From: Vitrella brassicaformis CCMP3155
Taxonomy: Eukaryota > Protista > Chromerida
DNA length: 64,000 bases
Assembly (NCBI GenBank): GCA_001179505.1
Contig: CDMY01000385.1
Span: 124,001 to 188,000 of the forward strand
Direction of reading: 5' to 3'
Below are positions 23,883 through 35,149 of this stretch, piece after piece. The stretch's first letter is position 1; every line of letters starts with the position of its first letter. Under the pieces are notes generated by a model. The model worked only from the letters and a program-made list of their open reading frames with translations. It did not search any database and was not told where the DNA came from. Both the position numbers and the translations under genes were made by a program.

Positions 23883-24641
23883 TCATACCCACACACCACT
23901 GCTGTCCGCAAGCAGGCGATCCACCTGCTGTGCTAGGGGTAAAGGGGGTGACCAAGCAGTCCATTCGGCGATGCGACGGAGAGAGGGAGAGGGGCGGCTG
24001 CCAGTGGCGGCTTGGACGAGCCGAAAGAAGACCAGAGAAGTGAAGGAGCGGAACAGCAGCCAGTCGGTCGACGATGGCATCGGAGGGTCTTCCACACACC
24101 CAGCATTACCACCGTATATGGCGCAAGCAGCGTCAAGGGGGCAGGGCTTCACGGCCTCATGTCGCTGCTGCATAAAGTTGTAGATGAGCCCGCCACTCAG
24201 CTGCAGCGGCACACCGTCGACAGCCACATTGGCCGTGAGCATCATCCACTCGCGAATGGCCGCGGGCAGCGGGACGAGCTGCGCGTCAAAGGACCCCTCA
24301 CCCAGCACAACCGGCTCCCCCCCTCGAGCTCCCCTTCTCAGCAGCTGCAGCACCGCCAGATGCGGCACCCACCTCGCCCAGTCCTCTGCAGCATCGATCA
24401 TCCACAGGGCACGCAGAGCAACCTTTATGCCGCCAGGCGGTCGTATCTTCAGTGCAAAGAGGCCGTCCCTCCTCCTCAGCCGCTTCTCAGTGGCCTGGAG
24501 TCGCCGTGTGACGTAGGTGAGGTCGAGAGGGTAGAGGCCGTGTAAAGTGGCGCGGTGCAGGGCGCGCCAGACGCACAGGTGCTGCACATCCAGAAAGTCG
24601 GCTACCGCCGGCTGTGCTTCAGGCGGCAGATCTGGCAGCAT
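23883..24641 (-). CDS. Intron-poor hypothetical protein (~250 aa); possibly a member of a lineage-expanded family with an F-box-like N-terminus
   Basis: Continuous 252-aa ORF with coding-like composition; N-terminus 'LPDLPPEAQPAVADFLDVQHLCVWRAL' resembles an F-box-like helix; late motif 'FRSFTSLVFFRL'. The 3' end is uncertain. Confidence 0.6.
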   Translation of the reverse strand: MLPDLPPEAQPAVADFLDVQHLCVWRALHRATLHGLYPLDLTYVTRRLQATEKRLRRRDGLFALKIRPPGGIKVALRALWMIDAAEDWARWVPHLAVLQLLRRGARGGEPVVLGEGSFDAQLVPLPAAIREWMMLTANVAVDGVPLQLSGGLIYNFMQQRHEAVKPCPLDAACAIYGGNAGCVEDPPMPSSTDWLLFRSFTSLVFFRLVQAATGSRPSPSLRRIAEWTAWSPPLPLAQQVDRLLADSSGVWV

Positions 24642-24715
24642 TCTCTGCCCCGGCCGTTAACGTTAACGGCCGATGGTGGAAGCTCGCAGTTTCGCGCCAA
24701 AACAATTCCTTTTCA

Positions 24716-25845
24716 ATGCAGCCGATTCCCATCAAGATACTTGCCACAATAGTGGCTGTGTTCGCCCCCCCGCCCTGCGTGTCGGCCTACCCCCAGTCAG
24801 TGCTGGTCTCCTACTTCGAGTATTGGCGGAGCGATGCCGACATCAGCCCCCCAGCCCTGGGCCTGGATGACGACTGCACTGTGCTGGGCATGATCCCCGG
24901 CAAAGACACGATCTGCATCGATTTGGATGGATACGCCGAGGAGACGCTGGCGCTGACCTGTCTCAACTCGCCTTTGTGCTGTGTGGAGGGGCAGCCGCGC
25001 TGCGGGTGTGGGCCACGGCTGTGGCAGACGCGCGTCAGTGGTACGTATGCATCGACTCGACGTACTTACGGCCACACACACACGTGTCACCTCTGAAAGT
25101 GCGAAGCAGGCAGTGTGACCTCTGTGAATGCATCATTGACTGCAATGCATGCAGTGTCGCCGGGCGGCAATCCTGACCCAGACGATGACGACCAGGAAGA
25201 GCAGGTAGGTGGGAGACAGCTCAGCTGAACTCAAGAGGGGGAAGGAATGCCCTTCTGACTCACTTGGTCTGTCTGTCCGTCTGGCTGTCTGTCTGGCTGG
25301 CTGCCTGTCTGTGTGTGTGGTGCACCCAGCCGAGTTGGCACACGAACCAGAAGCATCTGCTGAGGACGGTTTACGACCACCTGCACGACCACCCGGGGCT
25401 GCCTCAAGGCAATCAATACTCCCATCCATGACAGACATGGAGCAAATGAGAGACAGAGAGACATCTGACTGTCTTGTCTGTTGGGGGGTGTGTCTGTGTT
25501 GGTTGGCAGGCATGGACTTGTCAGAGTTCCTGCGCAACCGGCACGAGTCGTCCCACTACGGCAGCACATTCAATGACACTGTCTCCATCTTCACCTCCAG
25601 AGGAGGTAGGTGTATATTACCCCCCCACACAACCCAACACCCTCAACTCACGCATCTCTCTCTCTGTGCGCGTGTGTGTGTGTGCGGCAGGTCTGACTCC
25701 TCTGCTTGCGTGTTCGTTCGCCCCCTACAGGGACGTGTGTGTGCAGGGCTTCAGGGACGGGCCGGCCACGCAGCAGCACGTATGGATACTGCGGGCGGTG
25801 CAGGACTTCCCCTGCTACCAGGACTCATACACCTTCGGCTTCTGA
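24716..25845 (+). CDS. Secreted Cys-containing hypothetical protein, about 4-5 exons
   Basis: Signal-peptide-like 'MQPIPIKILATIVAVFAPPPCVSA'; Cys cluster 'TCLNSPLCCVEGQPRCGCG'; later exons 'DLSEFLRNRHESSHYGSTFND' and 'LLACSFAPYRDVCVQGF...QDFPCYQDSYTFGF*' flanked by GT/AG. Confidence 0.55.
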
Positions 25846-26200
25846 CTGGGCCATGCATATATGGCATATAATGCTAGCTACTGTGGCTGGCTGGCTGCAT
25901 CAATGCCATTGCAATGTGTGTGTGGACGAATGAATGATGGACATTTGAATTGAACGGGTCGATGTATAGGTCTCAATCAATCGACGGCTGGCTGGCCGAC
26001 CCGACTCGTGCAGCTAGCTAGCTACGCAGCCCGCCACAGATAAAGGATCTACCTATCGGTCACTCACGCGCACACACGTCTCCCTCTCCCTCTCCCTCTC
26101 GCTCACACCAACACCCACACCCACACCCATAGACACAGACACAGACATCCATCTACATCTGCAAGCAAGCACCTGTCCGTCTGTCCGTCTGTCTGTCTGT

Positions 26201-29200
26201 CTAAGCGAGTCCGGATGCACTGAGCGCTTGCTTGACCTGGGGCGTGGCGTGCGCGTCGAGCAGCGCCTGGAAATCCTGACACGACGGCAGCACCTGATGC
26301 TGATGCTGCTGGTGCTGGCCTGACGACAGCAACGCCTTCAAGAACTCTGCCAATCGCCGGAAGAACGCCTGAAGGGCCGCTGATACGATACACACCCACC
26401 ACACACATGACGAACCACGTGGCGACTGACTCTTGTCTTTTCATGCCCCGCTTGCTTACGCGCATCGTCATCGCTTGTGAGTATCTGCGCCATCACCCCG
26501 CCCTGGCCGTCCGCCTGACCCACCAGCCCCGCCCTAGTCCCCCGCTGCTGCCGCACACTCCTCGGCAGCCTGCTGGTGGAGAAGCCGCCCTGCCGCCGGC
26601 TCTCCATGGCGTTGCGCAGAAAGTTCATAATGTTGCTCTGCTGGCTGTCTTTGGCGCGGTTGGCATCGCGCTGCTCGAGCATGGTGGCGCAGCAAGCCAG
26701 CAGCTCCTGCAGCAGGGCCAGCCAAAGGTGCGGAGGGGAGGAGGGGCAGAGGAAAGTGGATGGGGCGGGGTGGTGGGTGGGGGCGAGGTGCTGCTGATGG
26801 TGCTGGTGGGGGTGGTGCTGATGGTGCTGGTGGTGGGCTGAGAGAAGGGTGGATAAGATCAGCTGCAGTTTGCCGCAGCGGAGCAGTGTGGGGCGCTGAA
26901 AGAGCCTGCAGGTCAGGTGTGTAGGTAAAGGCAGACAGGGAGGGAGACAGACAGACAGACGTGTGTGTCGGCCTACAGACAGAAACAGTGTGCGCGTGTG
27001 GGTACGTGGTGTACCTGAAGCATGCGAGTAGCACAGCGGCAACCTCCAGCCTGGAGAACTCCATCGCACCCAACGCCTCACCATACTGACACACACACGC
27101 CCACACCACACCACACCCATACCCACGACCCATATATCCACAGCCACATCACAGCCATCTACCCACCCCACCACCCACCCTCACGTATGTACCTCTGTGG
27201 AACAGCTCTGGCTCCACGTCACGAACAGCGGCACCAGAGCGGCATACCTCCGCTCCCCTCTAGCAATCCCCCCCACCTTCAGCCCAGCCACCACCCTCTC
27301 CCTGTCATCCCCACTTCGTCTCGGTGGCTGCAGGGGGGGCGGTGGCCGCACTGTGCTGCCATTGAGCAGGGGAGTGGGTGTCTGAGTGGGGGGGTGGGGG
27401 GACGGCATAGGTGTGGGGGTGGGGGAGGTGCCTGCCTGGATGGCGGCCTTGATGAAGTGCTGGTACAGAGAGAGGACGCACAGATGCAGCTTCTGCTGCT
27501 GCTGCTGCTGAGTCTGCGAGGGGGAGGGGAGCATGGGCAGGGCCATCACGAGCAGCTGCAACAGCCGATACACCCGCTCCTCGTAGGGCTCCTCCCTTGC
27601 GTGAGCCAATATGTGTGTGCAGACGTCCAGCAGCGAACCAAACACCCCCGGCAGCTCCTCAAGTGCGCTGGGCTGTGGCGTGACCTGGCAGCGGTGGCTG
27701 AGGAAGGCCAGCACGTCGATCAAGGACAGCTCGATCCACACGTCGAGGACCGTCTCGAGCAGGCTGCCCGTGAAGGGCCGCTCGGACAGGTGCTGCTGCA
27801 CCAGACGCGTGAAAACGCCCTTCAGGCTGGAAACCTGACCACATCGATCGACCCACACACAGGGTGTATTTGTGTGTTAGTGCGTGCTGACCTGGTGGTC
27901 CTGGACGACTCGTGTGACGGCGAGGAGCAGCTGTGCACAGCTCTCATCCAGAGCGCTGCTGCCGTCCACAGGGGGGTTTGTTGTTGATAATGCGGCCTCT
28001 GCAGACAGAGCACACACACGTCGCCAAGGCACCACACACATACGCTACGGGCCCACACAACAATTGCGTATAGGTGGCTTGCTTACGTGTGGGGATGGAG
28101 GACGGGGGTGGCTTCACGGTGCTGCTCATCAATGAGCTGCGTGAGCCGCCCAGCAAGCCGTCAGAGACCACCTAACCCACACGAACACACCACAGCCGCA
28201 CACACACGATGGGATGGGGAGGGGAGACAGACAGACAGACAGACGCCGTTTAGCTACCGACCGACCTGTAGGCACGTGGCGAGCAGTTCATCCGAGAGCA
28301 GGGTGGGGCTGTCCTTGCTGGGGCAGGCCATCGTCACGAGCGACTTGAGCACGTCCACTATCGCCGGCCGGATCATCGCCTGCATATCCGCCTGGCTGTG
28401 GGGGTCGCCGACGCTGCTGGGGTGGTGGTCGTGGGGTGTCTGCTGCTGCTGCTGCTGCCGCCACAGAGCAAGGAACTGGTCGAAGTGCGCTTTGGACAAG
28501 TCGGTGCGGCCGGTGATGGACGCCTCGCTCAGGAGCTTCTGGATGACCGCCAGACACCGCCACTGCGCCTCCGGAGACCTCACCTGCACACAACCACACA
28601 CACACACATACATTACCCCTCTACATCCCACCTCCCCCCCTTCCTCCGTACCAATCTGAGAAGGTTCAGCCCGGTGCTTACGAACAGCTTCTGTCTGTCG
28701 CCCTGCACCCAGGCCTCATAATTGTCCAGCGGATAGGCCACCAGCAGCAGCCGCAAAGGGGCCAGGGAGGCCAAAGCGACCGCCGTTGCAGCGGGGGATG
28801 GCGCTTGTTGGGGTGTTTGGGGGGCGTGCTGAGGGGTGATGGCCTGTGCGAGTGCGGCGATGATGTCTAGCGTGGTGCCGAGGGTGGACTCGTCCATTGG
28901 GGCGGGGGAGGGGGTGGCCTCACTCAGCCACACCTGCACACACATAGACACACACACCAGAGGGGAAAAGATGCCTCTCTCTCTCTCTGTGCGTGTGTCG
29001 GTGTAGGTGTAGGTGTGTGCATTGGATTCGTGTGTAAGACCAGACCACCTCACAACCTCACTCACCTTGATGAGGTTGGCCAGTCGCGTCTGTATGAGTG
29101 GGTGTGGCTGCCTGGGCAGTAGCTGCAGCACCAGCTGTATTAGATCCCTGAAGGATATCTTCCCCATCGCCTGCAGCTTCGCCTCCAGAAGCCCCGTCCA

Positions 29201-31077
29201 GCACAGCAACGCGTCCATGCGGAACAGCACCGACTCGTCCCGCCCGCTCAGGTCGGCCTGCAGCAGGTCCCCTCTGAGACGCTGCACCACGTGCGACACT
29301 ACCGACTCGTCAAAGGGCGCCTGAAACAAACGGACAGACAATGAGATGAGATGAGATGGATGTGGGCGGGCTGGTGGGGTGGGGTTTTGCAGACATAGAG
29401 ACGTACATTGGCAATGTTGGTCAGCGCCCTTTCCGCGGCATTTCGCGTCTCTGACGTGCCATGTGCCTCACGTATGCCCTCCTCGGGCTCATCCAGGTAC
29501 TCAGACGCCTATGTCATGTCGAACACAGCGAGAACATCCAAACGAACGAACGGACAAACGTCTCCCTACTACCACCCCCTCCCCTCCCACCCCAGGTAGC
29601 GCACCTCGTGTGCATTGAGTACCAGGCATCTGTCGAGGATGGCCTCGCCGATCTGGGCAGGGCCCCCATTGGCCTGCAGGAAGGCCTGCAGCTGCTCCTT
29701 GCACTTGGCAGCGGCTGCCATGCCGGCCTCGCTCAGCTGGGACCGCTCAGCGGGCGGGAACCGGTAGCTGTGGCAAGAGAAGATGTTGCTGATCGATATG
29801 ATCGATGACAAACAAACACGCAAGCAGGGCAGGCAGATACATACCAGGACGCACAGCGAGAAGGAGACAGAGTGAGGGAGAGTGAGAGTACGCACACACG
29901 AAACCCACGTACCCAATGAGTATGAGTATGTGTCTGACGAGGTGGTCGGGCACATCGGGCTGAGTCACGCGGCAAAACTTACCCAGCACACCACATCGCA
30001 CCGCACATCATGTCACAACGGTGGATGGCCCCACATCCCTCCCTCCCTCCCCACCTGCACAAGTTCCAGAGCGGTCCTGAGGAGGTCGCCCACATTGATG
30101 GCCGCCACCACATAACACTGACCCTCAACCAAATAGCACATCCTACACACACACACACACACACGCTCCCCTCTGGCCTTCCCTCCCTCTCCCTCCCTCC
30201 CTCCCTCCCTCTCTGCTAACCACTTAAGTGCTGATTTGACGTTTTTGAAGAACCACTGCTGGCTGGCGAGTATGGCGGGGCGGTGCTTCCAGACCCGTAT
30301 GAGCAGCAGCAGCTTCTGGTACATGAGCAGGGCCAGCTGCCCACCTGCGGCGTGGTCATGGAGCTTTTCGAAGCAGTGCGTCAGCACCAGATACATCAGG
30401 CCGTCGAGATAACGGGACGCCTTGACACACACACACACACACACACAGAGAGAGAGAAAGAGAGAGAGAGAGATGGAGTGGAGCCATGGATGTGATGTGC
30501 CTAGAAGGCCGTGTTGTGTTGTGCTGATTTCCCCCGCCCCACCGACCTTCCAGACGCCATCAGGCAGGTTGGTGAGGCTCGCTTCCCCGGCCTGCTGCAG
30601 TGCCTCATTCTGGCGCATCCACACCCGCCCCACACACTCGACGAGGGGCGGGCCCAGCTGGAAGGACTCCCGCCGAGACATGATAAGCCGCTTCGAGCCC
30701 TGCTCCTGCAGTGAAACAAATAGAACGGCGCACACACAGCACAGAGAGGGGGAGGAGAGGGTGGGGGAGGGGAGGTGACGGGGGAGGGGACGGGAGGGTG
30801 ATCCGCCGGCCGACCTTCAGGACGCCGTGCAGGAGTGCGATGTAGACGCAGTGCTCGTCGGATATCTCAGAGCTGTCGCACTCTGCACACACACAGGGAG
30901 AGATGAGATGAGTACGTGGGTGGGGATGAGATGAGTGCATTCTCTCTCCTGCAAACGGCTGGGCTGGGTCCGATCCCACTGACCGTTCAGTTTGGCGATG
31001 AGTAGCTGCCCCAGCTGCGGCCACTTGCTGGGGAACTCAAAGCGACATATCCGACGAATGATCAATGACAGCTGCAC

Positions 31078-31128
<51 letters not shown>

Positions 31129-31581
31129 GCAGTGATGAGTGAGTGGGCAATGTCCCGCCCCGCTCGGCCCGGCTCATCTCACTGACTTCGACGATGTGTG
31201 GCAGGTGGGTGACGCTGCCCTTCTGACCGTTCTGCAGGCCCCCTGCTGCAGTGGGTGGCGGCTCCTGCAGGATGGTCACTATGCTCTGCTTCAGCTGCTG
31301 CTTCTCGCCGTCCTGCAGCTGGTGGGAAGGCGCGTGACGATTCTGACAGAGGAAATGAAATGCGCCAGGGTGAATGGTAAATGAATGAGTGTCTGTGACT
31401 CAGTGATTGATTGGCTGACCTGCCAGTTCCTGTAGATGACGTTCTTGCAGAGGACGATGGCCAGCCATCTGGACTTGGGGTCCACCGAGCCGTCGGCATA
31501 GATATGGAAGAGCACCAGTGCCAAACCTGCCATGCCCTCCAGCCGCTGCAACTCTTGCTCGGCCTGCACACAACACAACCG

Positions 31582-31631
<50 letters not shown>

Positions 31632-31782
31632 GGGTGTAGATCTGACGTAAGATGATGTTGTGCTCATGAGCACCTCATACACTCATCTCACTCACAGGTT
31701 TGCGTATGTTGCCGTCCTGTTGAATGGACGCGTTGAGCGTCTGGATGAGCATCGCTCGCTGATCCGCCGTACCTTCCATCAT
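26201..31782 (-). CDS. Importin-beta family karyopherin, importin-11-like, many exons
   Basis: IBN_N domain 'LIQTLNASIQQDGNIRK..AEQELQRLE...RWLAIVLCKNVIYRNW'; 'QLSLIIRRICRFEFPSKWPQL'; HEAT-like helical exons down to 'DAHATPQVKQALSASGLA*'. Confidence 0.8.
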
Positions 31783-32001
31783 CACCTCACCCTGACTCAC
31801 TCAACCGCGCCGCAGCCAATGCCAAAGATCTGAGCTATAGCACAATTAAGGTAGCAGGCAGGCTGCGACGGCAGATGCACAGCGGTGCACAGCGTCGCTG
31901 CGGTTTTTCTTTGGAGGTTTCGCTCCTTGAGCTCGAAAGCTTCGGGTGACGCGCGTGAAACCGCTCTCGTGCCTGGAGGAAAGAAAGCAACGAAGGCAGC
32001 G

Positions 32002-32383
32002 ATGGCGCCGCCGTACTATATTCAACCGTGGCTGAAGCTGCCGAAGCCGTACATCCCTCCCGCCAAGGGTGAGGAGTTGGTGGACCCCAGGAAGAAACTC
32101 GAGCCCATCTGCGTAGCCAAGTGCAGCGCATGGGTCAACAAATACAACGTACGTACGCCAACCTGCACACAGCCAGACAGACAGGCAGAAAGGCAGGCAG
32201 ACAGGCACAAGGTGTGCACCGCTCATCATGTGATCTGTGTGTGTGTGTTGACAGGACTGCGTGACGCGTGTGCGTGCGAGGACTGACGGCAAGGGCGACT
32301 GCCAGTCGCAGTATGAGAAGCTGGGCGAGTGCATCGACTGGTGCCTCTGCAAGCAGGGCAGACTCTTCGACTACTTGAAGTGA
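32002..32383 (+). CDS. QCR6: Cytochrome bc1 complex subunit 6 (hinge protein), 2 exons
   Basis: MAPPYYIQPWLKLPKPYIPPAKGEELVDPRKKLEPICVAKCSAWVNKYN|DCVTRVRARTDGKGDCQSQYEKLGECIDWCLCKQGRLFDYLK*. It carries the 'VDP...C...C...Y..C..RV......C......C.D.C...LF..LK' hinge pattern. Confidence 0.92.
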
Positions 32384-32428
32384 ACGACCGACCGACTGAT
32401 GAGGTCAGAGAGAGTGACCTGGTCACTC

Positions 32429-32461
<33 letters not shown>

Positions 32462-33083
32462 ATGTACAACGTCGTGTGAGGTGTGTTCGTTCAGTGTGCG
32501 GCAACACGCGCGGCTCTGAAGTGTTTTCGTCTGATTTGTTCCGCATACGTGAGGCTGCCTGGCTGACTGCGCACCGCAGGACACACACACACGCAACCCC
32601 TGTGTGTTTTCGATGTCTGGGTGATGACGGTCACCCGATGCTTGTACTCGGCTGCCTGGCCGTATTGCCTGTCTGTCTGTCTGATGTCCTTGGGTTACCG
32701 GTAGTATATGACCTCATATGCCTCACCCACACTCTCCCTCCGTGTGTATGTGGTGAACTCACTCGTTGGTTGCGCTCATGTAGGTAATGTATGCGGACAG
32801 CAGAGCAGTGAGTGTCAAGTGCGTGACGTTCTCTCGTCCCACAGTGTCGGTCATTGATTGACGCAACACAACCCAAGCGATCTGTACACGTCGGTCGGTC
32901 TGTCATGTCCACATGAGCCCAGCGCGGCTGGGCTGCTTCACAGCCCGGGCCAGGCCACAGGCAGCCACACCTACACAACCCGACACACCACACCCTTCCC
33001 CGCCCCGCCCCTCCCACTCTATTCACATCACACACAGGCCCTCCTCCCTCCCTCCCTGTCTGTCGTTCTGTCTGTCTGTCTGG

Positions 33084-33536
33084 CTATGTCCTGCCTCCCC
33101 CTTCAGCGTTAAACTGCAACACATCTTTCAGATGCGACTCATCTATCGCTCCGGTGTCCACACTCTCATCAAACACCACCGGAATCGAGCCGCCCGACCT
33201 GGCTCGCCCGCCATCCCAAGCAATGCGATACGCCAGCAGCTGCACGCCCGCCTCGTGTGCGCGTTTCAGCACCTGGGCGAAGAGCATGTCGGCTTCGTGG
33301 CACGGACGGAACTGAAGGGTGTCCGAACGGTTGACGATGAAAAGGATCGCCGCCCTGGGTTTGCTTGTGGTCCGTTTGACCATATTGGTGAGCTCGTGTG
33401 CGTGTTTGATGGCCCGGTCGCTGACCACCTTGATCTTGGGCTTCTTGGCACCATGCGGGAAGATGGCACAGCATCTGTAGGGCTGCACTGAGGATGTGTA
33501 GACACCTATTGAGGAACGCTCGGACGGCACTGATGG

Positions 33537-33568
<32 letters not shown>

Positions 33569-34678
33569 CAGAGAGAGAGAGGGAGAGAGAGCATCACCTC
33601 GGCGAATGAAGAAGTCTTTCGTTGCTGTCACCCACCTTGTCCCTCAGGGTAGTCGGCACACACACAATTCTTAACCTCCAGGAACAGCTCATCGCCATTC
33701 GGGTAGTCTAACACGAAATCAACCCTGAGGGTCCAATACACAATCACACGATGACATACACAATCAAGCCTCGTCTCTGCTCCTTCCTGAGTGCTCAGGC
33801 ACTGACCTGGCCTTGCCGTGCGTCACTTGTGTCCTGAACGACGAGTAGCCCGCCAGCTCAGGGATCATATGCCGCTCCAACATCGTCTTGACCATCCTCT
33901 CGGCCAGCTGCGGGTGCGCACCCACCGACGCCACCTCGCCCATTGGGCGGGGCTCCTCGGCCAGCCATATCGTGTGGGACGTCTTGCCCTTCCCACTCGC
34001 AGACGGTGTCATCCTTACCTGGCTGCCCGGCACTATCATGCCCGCGCAGTCCAGACTTGGGCAATGGGCCTGCAGCGGGTCGGCTGACTCGTCGCAAGTA
34101 ACGTTGCCCATGGCGTCTTGTTCCAGGATGCGGACATCGGCAACGTAGGGCGTCTTGATGACTGCAGAGGGGCGCTTGACGATCCTCCCGGTCAGCAGAT
34201 CACCCAGGTCTAGCAGAGGCTCACCGCTGTCGCTGCCTGGCTGCAGTACTAATGCACCAGAGGCAGATGCAGCAGCAGAGGCAGCGGGTTGGTCTGTCGC
34301 TGCTCTCTTCTCTGCCGGTGGCAGCAACTCATGCTCATCGTCTACAGCAGCTGCGGCGGCTGGACCATCGTCTCGGTTCTTTCTCTTATTGCCGGCTGTT
34401 CTTTTCGGTGCCATGAGGTCAATGTCACCCAACGACAGGTCAACAACAGCAGCTGTCTTCAGCCGACTGAAGCCTCCAGCTGGCGGCAGAGCTAGGTGTC
34501 TAAGGGGTGCTGCGGTGCGGCGTCTGAATGGCAGAAACTGCTGGCGTGAAGAGAGGGATGAGGCGGCGCGGTACGTCGGACGGACCACCAGGAAGGATGC
34601 CGCTCGGAAGAGATGCAATACAACGAAGATAGTAGCTAGATCAGTGCTCCATCGCCTCCAATTGCGTGAGGCACCCAT
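33084..34678 (-). CDS. sfsA: SfsA-family (sugar fermentation stimulation protein) PD-(D/E)XK nuclease/DNA-binding protein with signal+transit-like N-terminus, 3 exons
   Basis: OB-fold part 'IVKRPS...PYVADV...AHCPSLDCAGMIVPG', 'VGAHPQLAERMV'; catalytic exon 'RVDFVLDYPNGDELFLEVKN'; 'AIFPHG...SDRAIKHAHEL...AAILFIVNRSD..QFRP...D.LFAQVLKRAHEAGVQLLAY'. Confidence 0.85.
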
Positions 34679-34752
34679 TCATTTTGAGTCGGCTTCAAGT
34701 TGAGCTCGCAGCCCCCATTCCGTGAAACCGCTCTCCCCCTTCCCGCCCTCCC

Positions 34753-35052
34753 NNNNNNNNNNNNNNNNNNNNNNNNNNNNNNNNNNNNNNNNNNNNNNNN
34801 NNNNNNNNNNNNNNNNNNNNNNNNNNNNNNNNNNNNNNNNNNNNNNNNNNNNNNNNNNNNNNNNNNNNNNNNNNNNNNNNNNNNNNNNNNNNNNNNNNNN
34901 NNNNNNNNNNNNNNNNNNNNNNNNNNNNNNNNNNNNNNNNNNNNNNNNNNNNNNNNNNNNNNNNNNNNNNNNNNNNNNNNNNNNNNNNNNNNNNNNNNNN
35001 NNNNNNNNNNNNNNNNNNNNNNNNNNNNNNNNNNNNNNNNNNNNNNNNNNNN
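34753..35052. other. Assembly gap (300 N)
   Basis: Run of 300 N between the divergent SfsA and repeat-protein genes. Confidence 0.99.
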
Positions 35053-35149
35053 CAACGAGTGCCGTGACGATCTTGTCGCTCATCTCTTGTACACACCAAC
35101 GCTCTCCTCAGGCTTGTATTAGCTTTCCTTCCCCATCCATAAGCACACA

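Noticed and set aside
26530-28460. Poly-Q/H/P insertions in importin-11 (also in ARID and cytochrome b5) as novel domains
   Set aside because: They are trinucleotide-slippage low-complexity inserts common to many genes in this window.
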